DNA of 64,000 nt, taken from the NCBI GenBank assembly GCA_951406725.2, contig OX597815.1, positions 176,762,001-176,826,000 on the forward strand. Direction: 5' to 3'. The notes beneath the pieces are model-generated. The model saw only the letters and a list, made by a program, of their open reading frames with translations. It was not told the origin of the DNA and searched no databases. Below, piece after piece: positions 25,024 through 38,400 of the stretch. Source of the stretch: Octopus vulgaris. Taxonomy: Eukaryota. The first letter of the stretch is position 1. The number at the start of each line of letters is the position of its first letter. The translations under genes and the position numbers were made by a program.

Positions 25024-27668
25024 ATTATATATATACATGCCATGCAGACATATGTGTATGTGTTTGTGTAAAATATGTGTGTTTATATATTCTATGTGTT
25101 CATGTACGTGTGGATGTGTCTGTGTTTATCTGCTAATGTAAAAAAGATAACCTTAAAGGCGATGAACAACGAGAGACTGCCAGATCCGACCACCACGGAT
25201 CATAAATGTGAGCTGCTTATAATCCGAAGTCATATCTGAAATGGTAAAAGGCATTCGCTTCCTTCGATCGGATTTGTGACAACATTCGTGGTAAATACAC
25301 ACAACTATTGCAATCCTCTTGCAGTGATATGTAAATGTTTGTTGTGACAGTACAGAATATTCTCGAATATTCTCTTATGCCTCTGCCTGTCTTCCTATCT
25401 CTCTCTCTCTCTCCCGCTCTCCCTTCCAGCCTCTCTTTCTTTGATACATACGTCTTCTATCTTATTACACTTATCGAACCAATTTCTTCCATTCCTTCCA
25501 GAAACACAGTCTGTGTGTATTGTGAGGAAATGGAAACTGGACGTATGACGTACAGAAATGGTTTCTCACCGGACGCAAATGGGAATAACTTCAAGTTTAG
25601 ATATTCATTTCTTTAGGGTTTGTGATTTTCGTTCAGTGACGGAAGATGACAGTCATTAACTCCAAAGTGTTAGAGTTTCCCTTAAGGTCTTTATATGCAC
25701 TCACAAAAACACATTTTACATCAATTTTAGCTTGGTACCTTGTACACAAACCCCATTCAATACTCCTAAACCTTCTCAGATGTAATAATTAAAAATTTAC
25801 TTGGAAAGTAGAGGATGTATGATACGCATGCGCTCATATGTTCCAGCAAGTCTGCCTTAAAACGGACCTTACCGTTATTATAAAAAGATAAGAACATACT
25901 CTTGAATATTAAACATAACGTGTCCAATGATTTCTGTTTTTGCCTCAATAACGATAAAAGTGAAGTATCAAAATAAAGTATAATCTAACATTAATAACAA
26001 TATGAAGTTCAAGATAACATTATTATTCGCTGATAATCCTTAAAAAAATAATTAAAATTGACTGTTGCATGTATGAACCGCTACTAAATAAGAATATAAT
26101 CAGACATACATGAAGCCATTGTAGTGAACTTGTATCATGATGCGTGTGCCCCACCCAACAAACTCATATCTGAGAAACATTTTACTAAATCCCACGCGTG
26201 TTTTGTACGTAGAGTGTATAAAAAAACAACTTTTCCTCTAACTTGTATCTGTCAAAATAAGAAATCGTAATAATTTTGCAAGAGAAATTTTAAGTAATGT
26301 CCATACCACCATGGGAAAGCAAGCAACTTCTAACACTGGAATGGTAGCATAAACGATAGCTGATTAAATGATATCAGTAATTAATTAATCAAATTTATTC
26401 GATTGTATTTAAATTTCCATTCGTAGATACCTTACAATTGACTTAGTTTATTTCACTTCAGACTATAATTAAATACATTTTGTAATGCACGTTGCAAAAA
26501 TGTGTCTTAGAATAGCTGCACAAAGATACACTGAAGTTTCTGGCAATATGAAATAATACATCCTAGACATACAAAATATATATAGACATTGCTTAGCAAT
26601 CACATGATCCATTGACTATTTCCTAATACGGCAATGGAGATATTTTCAAGACATCAAGAAAAGAACATGTCAGTAGTTTGAAAAATTTTTGTCATAAACA
26701 TAATGAATTTATTTTAAACATCATTAATTTCTAAGGTGATGCTGTAAATTTCACAAGATACACAAACATTTCAGCAAAAACTTACAATCAATAAAGCTTT
26801 TTACATCTTAACATCATGTGCAGAAGGATATTTGTGCCCTGTAATAAGTATCGTTTTGAGAAGGGAAACTACAATTAAACACAGCAACTGAAACTGGGGA
26901 TCAGAGATGGGATTACCTATAACCTACTACAACCAAAATCTAATGCATCCAAGATATTCTATGTTTTACAAAGCCTTTTCGTGACGGGTGACTTCCAGCA
27001 TTGCCCAGGTATGAACGGATAAAGAAAATAAAAAGAAACTTTTGCAATTTATAAACTAACGACATCATCTAAGGCCAACTCTGCATGCAATACAACGATA
27101 TTTACCCACACAATCACGTATACAATGCTAAGACAATTATTTTTTAAGCTGAAGCTATTCGCGAACCATACATATGTAGGGCAAAAGGAAAATTTAAACA
27201 ACAATATTTTAATCATCCTTTATCTTTCCAGGCACATTGAAAATAGAACTGTAATGACACTAATTAAATCTAGCAATTTAAAGAAACTGTGACTGATTTC
27301 AACATCAAGCAGGTGATTACTGAAAAACCGAAACCTTACAAATCCGATTCTTTGAAAATCTTGACAATTCTGTTAATTTGCTGTACACAAAATCTGAGAT
27401 TTCACAAATTGTTTAGCAATTTGACAAACATTGACTGACATGCTACAAGTCGCTATCTCCCCGAAACTAAAGATATTCTCAAATTTCGCACAAACCTGTG
27501 CGGACATTACTCTTTATATCTAGAGAAGTCTGAGAGCTCCAAATTTTTAGGTTTAGGAATTAATGCATGTGAGTACAGCATATAAAAAGACGCATGTACG
27601 TATGCACTTTTCTATACTTAGTGTATTAAGAACTGACCTCAAATCTCATGGAGCTCGAAGGAGCTGGA

Positions 27669-27710
<42 letters not shown>

Positions 27711-27711
<1 letters not shown>

Positions 27712-27916
27712 TTAATCCAAACATGAGAACAAAAAGAGAAAACACAACAACGCGAGGACGTGGAACAAGTATAGTATTATTGGACGCTCAGAAAAGATGG
27801 AAAGAAGGAGGATTTAACGTTTCGAGCGGAGCTCTTCGTCAGAAACATTGGAAAAGGAAAGATCCAAAGAAGGGAAGACGGAGGAAAAAAATCGCCAACG
27901 GTACACACGCGGTCAA
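27711..27916 (-). mobile_element. ~200-bp hammerhead-bearing non-autonomous element, subfamily H1
   Basis: Homologous to 2148-2350; 3' end abuts (TA)n. Confidence 0.8.
27812..27846 (-). ncRNA. Minimal type-I hammerhead ribozyme motif with canonical CUGANGA core
   Basis: Minus strand reads GTTT-CTGACGA-A-GAGC(TCC)GCTC-GAA-A(CG)T-T^AAAT. Confidence 0.75.
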
Positions 27917-28047
27917 CTCCACGAATGACCCGTCTGTTTTTGCCTATCCTAATTGTTGTTTCCCTTGTCCGCTTTTGTTTAGTCTATCCGTCCGAATGTT
28001 TTATTGTCTTCTATTGCGTTTTTGCTCCATTTATATATCAATATCTA

Positions 28048-28222
<175 letters not shown>

Positions 28223-29246
28223 ATGTATATAAGAGGACAACAAAAACCAAGGCAGGACGAGTATATCAAGTCATTTATAATAATTTAATTAGGGTAAGGT
28301 GAATTTGAAGTCTTACAGCCGTTTTTGTATATCCCCAGCGATAGGCTAGCATGTCCGTACACAGAGACAAGGTGAGCATGTATAAAAGTTCTAGACATGG
28401 AAATTCACAGTTTGTAAGCAATAAAATAAAAAAATAAAGAGCAAAAGTAGATAGAAGAATACTATCAGGAGAAAAAAGTTCACACTTTATCTTTGTTCAG
28501 AGTGTAGGAGGTTAAACGTATAGGCCCTCAGGTATAATCCCAGGTGGACCCAGGCAGTATTTGGGTAGTATTTTGAATGATGTATGTAAATGGTCGACGT
28601 GTGTATATAGAGTGAGAAAGACAGATATCAAGATATACAGCAGTGGGTTGTGAGTGAGTGGATAGAAGAGAGGAGAAAAAGAGAGGGAAAAAAAAGAAAG
28701 GAATGGGATAAGTGCGGAAAAGAATGGGAGCGAAAGTAAAGTAAAATAAAAAAATTTTTAAAAATAAGAAATAAAAAATAAAAAGAATAAAGATAAGATC
28801 CCGGTATTATTTTTAGTAAGTGTCGGTTCGGGGTCAGAAGTCAGGCGTTAAGTGAAGGAGGAAGTTATTTATGTCAATTAAATAGATGAAATCTAAGTTA
28901 GGTGGGGTCAGTGGCCAGAAGGGATAGCTAAAGATAGATGCCAAGCTTTAGTGGATATATATAGGATAAAACTACAATTGAACGGATAAATGATACAAAT
29001 TAAAGAATTAAAATTTTAAAATTTGAATATGAAAACTTAAATTAAAAATAGAAATTAAAAATTAAAAGTTAAAAATTAAAAATTAAAATATTAAAGAATT
29101 AAAGCTCGGTAGCTTCTAAGATACTTATGTTGACAGAAAAGTAAAGAGCCATAGTAAAGAGCCATAGGTCCAAATGCAAACAAAATCAACACACAAAACA
29201 CTTGCCTCTATGCATCCACAGTAATTACAATATCCTTTCCTACACA

Positions 29247-29660
<414 letters not shown>

Positions 29661-30322
29661 TTAAAACGCAAAAGATATCTGGAAACATTTGACAAAATCG
29701 AAGAAGTTCAGCAAACTGAGAAATTAAAGATATTTTAACCATGTAGCAAGTGTTCAAGTAAGGCCTCTCCTAAATTCATGCTGCATTTTACTCCAAAATC
29801 AATTTCTAAATATTACAATACGCAACATCAACAAATAGATTTGTCTCAGCGATTAACTGTCATTCGTCTAACGTCTTGAATAACTCATATTCTGCATATA
29901 TATATTCTGATATTTCCTTGTAAATTCGCATAACAATCCGAAATGAAGAAGTGAATATTATCTTCATATGACATTTTTATGTCTTCCAACCGTAATATGA
30001 TTGCTTGTTAGAGGAACTGTAGAAACTTCAATGACATTTCGTCCTGTTTCTTCAAAATGGTTAATCAAACGCGTCCATGCCCTTAAACTTAAGTAATTTT
30101 TGTGGCGCACCTGTTCGATATTACAAACTTGCAATGCATGAGAGGTATCGTCATCACTTCCGTACAACAATGAAAAGGATGGCGGTTTTCTATAGAAATT
30201 CTTATTAAATTCAGAATTGAAATAATAAAATTCCATTTTACACACAAGCATAAGTAATTGTTGAAAGCTGGTTATAAGGACGATATGGAAAATTAAAACA
30301 TGCAATGTTTCCTGCATGTATG

Positions 30323-30376
<54 letters not shown>

Positions 30377-32084
30377 TGCTTGTGTGTGGCTGCGGCTGGT
30401 GCGGGCAAAAAAATATTTTACCCCAAGTAAGCTTTCAAAATTAAATAGAAAATCATTCATAAGCAAAATATAAAATCTAAGCAATATTCCAAATTTCTTT
30501 AGTTTAAAGAAAAAAGTTATTCACGCTGATGATGATAATGATGATGATGATAGTGGAGGTGGTGGTCGCGGTAGTGGCAGTGGCGGTAATGTGATGATGC
30601 TGCCGGTGGCGGTGGGAGTGGTAATGCTGATGATAATCATCATCGTAATGGTGGCGATATGTTTTAGAGAATTATATTCTATCGAAAGCGTTAATAACAG
30701 TGTCCATATAGATTTATTCTCTTAGAACAAATAAGCCATAAATATATTGGAGTATTAAAGAAATATAAAATAAATGTTTCCTTAAATAAATAAATGCATC
30801 CATAAATTCCAAAAAAAAGTAAACATCGTTTCTTAGGTTTCTATAGATATATTTGTTTTGCATTCTCATTCATATGAAGATTTTTTTTTTTAATGTCAAG
30901 AAATCAAACAAAATAGTATTGAGAAAAATTTAATATTGAAAAATTGATGACGAATTGCAAACTGAAATAAAAAAAAGTATAGAAAGATAGATATGTATGC
31001 AGAAAATCAATAACTATTCACAGAACTAACATCCTTGTTCATCAACTCTTTTAATTTTCTTTTTTTTTTACGCAAAGTGTTCATCTGTAACAGAATGACT
31101 TTTCTATAACATAGTATTCCCTGTCTATTGAAAATTTCCTCCGTTATTTGCTTACCTTTATTAACCTCACACCTCACACTCTTCGCTGTATCCTCATTTC
31201 TTACCGTGTCTTGCTTTACTTAGTATTTTTTCCGTCTCATAATTTTATTCCCTACCACACCTCCATTTTTTTAAGAACTACTTATCGGGTGGAAACGTAC
31301 TGTACCTCAGCCAGAGGCATTACAATATGACAGCATTCAATAAAGCCGAGTTGAGTTTCTTTTCTTCTCTTCGAAATTGTGTATCTTCTCTTTGAGTATC
31401 ACTTGACGTCATGTTCGGTGGCAAATAATGATTTGTACATCCTTACAAACATTCTTGTTCCTTCCACGAGGAATAATAGAAAAGCATGTATTTTCTTTTT
31501 TCTTTCCTCTTCCTTGGATAGTAGGTGATGTCGTGTTTACGATTAATGAGGATGGAGTCAGATATATTACACCGCACAAGACGGTTTCATCATCTCCACC
31601 TGTGTAGAGATATTTAGCCAATACTTTTCTTCTGTGAGTTTATCATATTGTCACCTGGTAATATTCTTCTATTAATATGACTATTGCAGTTTCATTTGTC
31701 AGTTGGCAAATGTAAATTAGATCAGGTGAGAACTAAATTTAATTTCAACTGCCATCTAACTTATTTTATGGATTTTAAAAAAAAGTAGTAAATATAAAAA
31801 TATTACACTTGTAAAATGGAAACGATCCAAAGCCATTCGCCTTCGTCCATAATTCATCGAGGTAAAAGAAACACAAGCCAACAGTAGAGTGGTGAATGTT
31901 ACAGCATGACCTGACACCGCCTGATTATGTACCGGCTAAGAGAGCCTCCTACTAGTTGAGATAGCTAAACCAGGATCTGAAACAGCAGTCGAAATAGCAT
32001 ATTTAGTAATTGACTTTTAATTAATTATACGGAAGCCTATAAGTTCGCAGGTCTATGTTTCTATTATCAGTGTATCATAACGTT

Positions 32085-32290
32085 AAGGCGGTGAGTTGGC
32101 AGAATCGTTAGCACGTCGGACGAAATGCTTAGTGGCAGTTCGTCTGTTTATTATGTTGTGGGTTCAAATTCTTCCGAAGTCTACATTACCTTTCCTTCTA
32201 TCGGAGGTCAATAAAATAAGTACTAGCCGAATACTAGAGTGAGTATAATCGACCGAACTTGCTGGCCTTGTGCCAAAATTTGAAACTAAT
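32085..32290 (+). mobile_element. SINE family A with probable TSD TGTATCATA, followed by (ATC)n
   Basis: AAGGCGGTGAGTTGGCAGAATCGTTAGC...GCCTTGTGCCAAAATTTGAAAC; TGTATCATA lies on both sides. Confidence 0.85.
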
Positions 32291-34549
32291 GTATCATACC
32301 ATCATCATCGTCATCATCATTATCATTATCATCGTGATCATCGTCGTCGTCGTCAGCATCATTATTAACATCATCATCATCACCATCATCATCATCGTCA
32401 TCATCATCGTCATTATCATCATCATCATCATCATTGTTATTTAGTAATATTTTTTAACATGTAATTTTAATGTGCTACCAAGTACAGCTCATCCCTGGAT
32501 AAGAATAGTATTTGATTTCGTTTTTGTATCTTCTATTCTATTGTGTGTAGCTTACGTAATATTTAAGATATATATATATATATATATATATAGAAGTGAT
32601 ATTTCCAGTATGCATTGTATATTTGAAAATCCTCCGATATCGTTCTGTATGCTGTTATGATTGTTTAAATTCGCAAAGTTCTATAAACTTTGGCTTTTTT
32701 GATATTTTGATTTTGGATAATTTGTCCATTTCTTTGAGTGAAACTTGTTGCCTGAGTAGAGATAATACGACTGAAATTACTGGTTGGCCATAAAAACAAT
32801 AATACGGCGACTAATTTCGTGATTTCCTGTAAGTGTGGAGTGGCATATCCCGGAGAGCTGTATCCGTTTTAGTTGATACTTAATTATGCTAGCATATGTA
32901 TAAATGTTCCAACTGTGTAATGTCGCTAGATAATTATTTTTCATCGTTAAGAATAATCTGGCTATTTCTCCCTAGCTGCCATTTATTCGATAGCAACTCA
33001 GCACATTTTTCTTTATTGCTGGCTTTTCGAGGTTTCTGGTCGCAAAGCTTTGATTTTGTACCAAGTCAAAACTAGTTTGGATTCCAATTTGTATTTTGTG
33101 CTTCTTAGCCCTGATGATTGTCATCATCTATTTTCATCTCCTTCCGTTTTTGGTTTTAGACATTTCACATTTCTTTTCTTTCTTTTTTTCTGCTTCAAAT
33201 TTTAGTTTGGCTTTTAGCGTTTACTAAAGTTCGGTTCTCTCTCATTTCTCCTTGCAAAATGTTACTAATTGCAGCCTCTTTGTATTTGCTACTTCCTTTA
33301 AAGACAGAGAAGAGTTATTTTTATTCGTGTTTGTCGCTGTTTCTCTCAACTTCTCATTGCATTTTACGAGTCTGATTTGTATCGCTAAAGATTAGATGTT
33401 CAATAATTTTCAAGTTGCATAACACTCCTACCTCTTTCTAGTCTTCGTAAATATAATCGTTACATTCCAATTTTTAAACTCATTTTCTTCTATTTCCCTT
33501 AAGTAAGATTTCACTGATTTAAGAATATTATTACATACTTACTAAGACGGTCATTTAGCCCTGATTAAAGTTATCATCATATGCATACAAAATATTTATC
33601 ACTATATTTAGTTCATTCATTTCTAAATACACTGAACGTCCTTATCCGGCCAAGAGAGTAGCCTGTTTCTCCATGTCTGGAGGCTCTAGCAAAATTGCTT
33701 TATTAGACATACATTTGAAAAAGGTATATTTTGTGTGTGTGTATCTGGGCACATGTGTGTATGTGAATTAGGGTACATGTGTGTATGCATATCTTTCTAA
33801 AAATGATACTGTTAGCGGAACGTTAAAATCATATTAACGTATAGGAACAACATCACCACCACAATATCGAATACCATGGATACTGTCATGGTAGTTGCCT
33901 AACAAAAGTGATAGAAGGGCTCCATAAAAAATTGTAGTAACAATGCCGTGCTCCATGTCTATGTTGTTCATTTTCATTTTAGGTCAGACTATATTTTACA
34001 ACATTTATTTATTTCTTACTTTGTTTCGACTAAAATATTTTCGCACCATATGCAACATAAAATCTGAGCTATTTTGGAATTGTTGCTTGTGCTGTTGCCC
34101 ATTCTTTGCCCGTATTACAATAAAAATATATCTTTATTATTGTGGTTCTTGTTCTTGAAATTGCTGTTATTTTTTTTTTATCGTTGAAGGTGTCATTGTC
34201 AGAGCAATGTTTCGAAGTACCGAGGCCGACTGTATATTGTTAACAATGTATTTAGGAATAAAAAGTGTAGGAAGCATTAACAGCCAATAATACTTTAAAT
34301 ACTTGGCATTCATGTTCTAAAAGTAGTCTTGCGTCTTGTTTATATTCTATTGTTGTTTTTTTCTCTCCAGTGGGTTTGTTAAAATATATTATGTGTAGTC
34401 GTGCATTTATCTGTCATCAGTTTGAAGATGTTCTTTATTCTTTTATTCATAGAATGTGTACGTCTGTGAAAAGGCAAATATAGAATTTACAAGATTCAAT
34501 GTGTGACTGTTAAGAATACCTCATGTATTACTTTTCACGAGAACAATAT

Positions 34550-34615
<66 letters not shown>

Positions 34616-34784
34616 AGAAAGATACATAGACAGAGATAGATATATTATATATTTATATGTGGGTGTGCATATATATATATATATATAAGTTCAGCAAAAA
34701 TTTAGATTCAGATGAATATGGTGCTCAAGTTAAAGGCACCAGAATTTGGTATGGTATTATCGATATAAATCAAATGAGGTGATT

Positions 34785-34861
34785 ATAATCAAAATATGCA
34801 ACAAGGATATCCAAAGGTAGTGTAGCTACACTACCTTTGGATATCCTTGTTGCTTATTTTG

Positions 34862-34866
<5 letters not shown>
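34785..34866. repeat. 41-bp-arm spacerless palindrome
   Basis: ATAATCAAAATATGCAACAAGGATATCCAAAGGTAGTGTAG|CTACACTACCTTTGGATATCCTTGTTGCTTATTTTGATTAT, one mismatch. Confidence 0.97.
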
Positions 34867-34914
<48 letters not shown>

Positions 34915-34918
<4 letters not shown>

Positions 34919-35115
34919 GTAACCACGCGTGAATTTTTCCTTATTTTTCTGTCTTTCTCTTTGAACTTTTATGTTTCCGACGAAGAGCTATACTCGAAAC
35001 GCTAACAACTGCTCTCTTTTCACCGAGCGTCAAATTGATATATTTCTTCTGCACGTCCTCACGTTCGTTGTTTCCTTTTTCTCTCTCTTTTTTTAATTGT
35101 TTGCTGATTTGATTT
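34915..35115 (+). mobile_element. Hammerhead-bearing element H1 (older copy), HHR motif at 34973-35006
   Basis: GTTT-CCGACGA-A-GAGCTATACTC-GAAACGCTAAC, then GAGCGTC...CACGTCCTCACGTT as in the other H1 copies. TA repeats on both flanks. Confidence 0.65.
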
Positions 35116-35120
35116 ATATA

Positions 35121-36443
35121 TACCGTGCCACTTTAAACTATTGTAAATTTCAACTACTTGCCAGCTTATAAGTGAATGTTTCGCATTGCGTTCTTTACAA
35201 ATGAAACATTGACCCTACTGGAGTCGTTCCCATATCTAATCATTATATTTTGTAGTTGGAGTTCTGAATGAGATGAGTTGAAGCGTGACGACCACTAAAA
35301 ATGGCCGTGCAAAAGCTTTCGGCCATCTCACATAAACCAATCAAGATGCAGTGATTTAGAAACAGAAAATATGTCTATAATGAAAATTTATTGCATAATG
35401 TTCATTTCAAGAAGTTACTGAACATTGTTAATATTTCGTGTGACTTCGCTTTGCTCGAATAATGGCTTCAATGCGCCAACTCTTCAAGAATACGTGGACT
35501 CGGCACTATTGAAGTTACTGTCAATTTTAACCAACTTTCTTGAACCAAAACTTTTTATGTATTTCCAAACCATCAGACTGTTTTCGTCGTGTAACTTGGG
35601 TCGTTTCGCTTTCTAATAACCGAGAATTTGTCAGAAGGCCTACAGGAAAGTGAAACGACCCACTTTATTCGACGAAAACAGTGAAGTTTGGGGGTAAGAG
35701 TCTCAAGCTTTGGGATACATAAAAAGTGATGGGTCAAAAAATTTGGTTACAATTGACGGTATCTTGAATAGTGCCAAATACATCCAGTTGCTGAATTTGA
35801 TACCAGACTTTGATGAAGGTGAGATTTTTCAGCATGACGGTTCTCCATGCCACAGCGTTTGGCTGAGGAAGGTGTTACCGATTTGGTAACACCTTCAGAT
35901 TGGCCAGCTCAGAGCCCTGACTTAAATATCACGAGCAAATGGGAACAGAACTAAAGAGAAGAGCTCGTCAGAAGAATCCACACAATCCTGAAGAGTTGTG
36001 GCAATTTAGCCACAAAGAATGTCATCTCGTACCTATGAAGATGGTGAAGGATTTGTATGTATCTCTTCTCAGATGCATTGAAGCAATTATTCAAGCTGAG
36101 GAAAGCCACACGAAATATTTATAATGTTCAGTAACTTATTCAAATGAACATTATGCAATAAATTTTCATTATAGACATATTTTCTGTTTTTCAAACACTG
36201 TATCTTGATTGGTTATGTGTGGTGGCTGAAAACTTTTGCCTGGCCATTTTTAGTGGTCGTCTCGCATCTTCCCCTTTCATTCAGAACCCCTACTACAAAA
36301 TATAATCATTAGGTATGGAAATAATTCCAACAGGGTCAATGTTTCATTTTTAAAATAGGCAATGCGAAACATCCACTAATAAGTTGGCAATTAGTACAAA
36401 TTTACATTAGTTTAAAGGAGCCAAAGACTTTTGCACGTAAGTA
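35121..36443. mobile_element. Tc1-family foldback: two transposase 3' halves with right-hand IR/DR ends joined head to head
   Basis: Plus strand 35625-36124 gives TVKFGGKSL, IFQHDGSPCH, WPAQSPDLNI and RCIEAIIQAEESHTKY. Minus strand 35620-35425 gives a deleted homolog ending RIEAIIRAKRSHTKY*. The outer ~300 bp are inverted repeats. Confidence 0.85.
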
Positions 36444-36454
36444 TATATATATAT

Positions 36455-38385
36455 AAATGGAGTTAAACGCAGGTGTTATTCAAATTCTTTTACTTCCGAC
36501 GCATGTTTTGAAGACAACGTTAGTATTATTCAACTGGTTTAGTTCTACTACTAATAAGAGGAGCACTAAGTTTATCCAGTTTGACATTTATAGTTTCTAT
36601 TCCTCCATCACACTAATAGTACTATGAGCAAGCCAAAGTGCCTTATTGCTCATAACAAAGCTGGTCTAATCAGGGAAGAGATTAATGTTGTGTTGGCTGC
36701 CAGAAAATCTTTCATAAATGTTGACAACAAGCTGTGGGTCTGTACCAAAAAGTACAAAAAGTTAAGAATAGTTTAGTTAGGTTTTTCCGTAGAATGGGTT
36801 TAGGCATCGTTTTTGATGATGATGTAACGAAAGCCAACTTTTTAGATATTACACTTAACTTACACAATAATTCGTACTTCGCATGCCACAAAACATCGAC
36901 CAATCTTAAGTATATTAGCCAATTCAGTAATCATTCTAGAACTTAGCTAAGAATATTTCATTTAGATTGTCTAAGTTATCTGCTAATGTTGACATTTTCA
37001 ACGACAAGGCTGAATTTTATAACTCTGCCGTACTTAAAGCAGGCTATAGAGATAAAGTTACCTACATCAATTCCATTCAATCTTATTCTACCTTTAGTAA
37101 TGGAGGCATGAAATCTAGTTGTAAGATATAAACGATATCAATTTTAATTTATACGCCAACACCAAACAGAGGAAGGGAGATAACCGTTATTCACCCCAGC
37201 CTTTTGTCATTCTAAAGGTAAATCAATTTTTTTTTAAGATAGTTACACTAAAAATAAGGCAACTAATAGAAAAACTATTTGGCTGATTATTTCTATGGGA
37301 GATAAATCAAAGCTAATCTTCCTTTCCAGTTTCGGGAATTCCAGAGAATTCTAGGTATTACTCTATTATCAACTCCCACACGGTTAGGATTGGTTTTTCC
37401 AACACAAAAAATCTCTCACAAATTATCTCCTCACATAATATTAGTCTGTTAAATTAAAATCCAATTACTAATACTAACATTAATTTAACTAATACCAACC
37501 ACCCACCTAGAAATATCAATAACAAGGTTATTGTCACAAAAGTCAATTCGAACAGAATTAAGTTTATGTCTAGCAAGTCTAAGATTAAAAACTCTATATA
37601 CCAGTGTAAAATTACTTCAGGTACCGATATCTTTTTTTAAATAGGTAGTTCTTCTCAGTTATCTAAAAGAATTTCCAATCATTACTCTACATTTTGGGAT
37701 AGAAATAAACGCAACAGTACAGGGCTTAGTAAATTAATTTGGTATCTAAAAGATCATAATACACAATTTAATTTAGATTGGTTGTTTCTCTCCATTTCCT
37801 TCCGATATGATAGAGGCAAAGAATTCTGCCAACTCTGTAATACTGAACTATTTTCTATTCTTTTTTCTAAGAATCCCCTTGTAAATATTGTTATAGAGTG
37901 TGCTTATCGATGTAAACATTGGCAGAATATACCTTCAGTTCATATAAGCGATATCTACCATTATAAATAATTTGAACATTGACTTTTCTTCTTACATTTC
38001 ACTTCCACTAGATATATCTTTTTCCAGGCCTTTAAGCTTTTATTTAATTCACATATCGCTCTATATTTCTCATTTACTAGTCTTCTGCTTATTTCTTTCC
38101 TTTACCCCTCTTCTTTCTATAGGCTACCTTTGATGTTATATCCTCTAACGGTTTTAAAAAAGAAATTAATAGCGTTCCGTTCATCATTACACACATCCAT
38201 CACATTCTGTTAAAATGTCTTATTGATGAGTTTGGTTTATTTCTATATTTCCCCGAAGAGAAGATTACATTGTTTTACACCATTTTATTCCTTTGGAATA
38301 ATACCAATGTTGTCTTCGAAACACGTGTCGGAAGTAAAAGAATTTGATTAACACCTGTAAAAAGAATTTGATTAACTCCATTTAT
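36455..38385 (+). mobile_element. Decayed Neptune-type Penelope-like element with inverted partial terminal repeat
   Basis: KANFLDITLNL...KYISQFSNHS, ISFRLSKLS, NSIYQCKI...IGSS..SKRISNHYSTF, STGLSKLIWYLKD, CQLCNTE. 36455-36531 is the reverse complement of ~38296-38382. Confidence 0.85.
38248..38334 (+). ncRNA. Type-I hammerhead ribozyme with long stem II and GUC cleavage triplet
   Basis: TTTCC-CCGAAGA-GAAGATTACATTG...CAATGTTGTCTTC-GAA-ACA(CG)TGT-C^GGAAG. Stem II is 12/13 paired and stem III is the palindrome ACACGTGT. Confidence 0.8.
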
Positions 38386-38400
38386 TTAGTTATATATATT

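Noticed and set aside
28230-29200. Possible PLE 3' UTR or terminal repeat on the minus strand
   Set aside because: Composition is suggestive, but no ORF remnant or intact HHR was found.
30525-30660. (GAT)/(GGT)-rich tract as a Gly/Asp-rich coding exon
   Set aside because: It is a degenerate trinucleotide microsatellite with no flanking ORF.
32748-32790. Hammerhead-like GCCTGAGTAGAG...CTGAAATTACTGGTTGGC
   Set aside because: The core and stem II are both broken, and there is no second copy in the window to confirm it.
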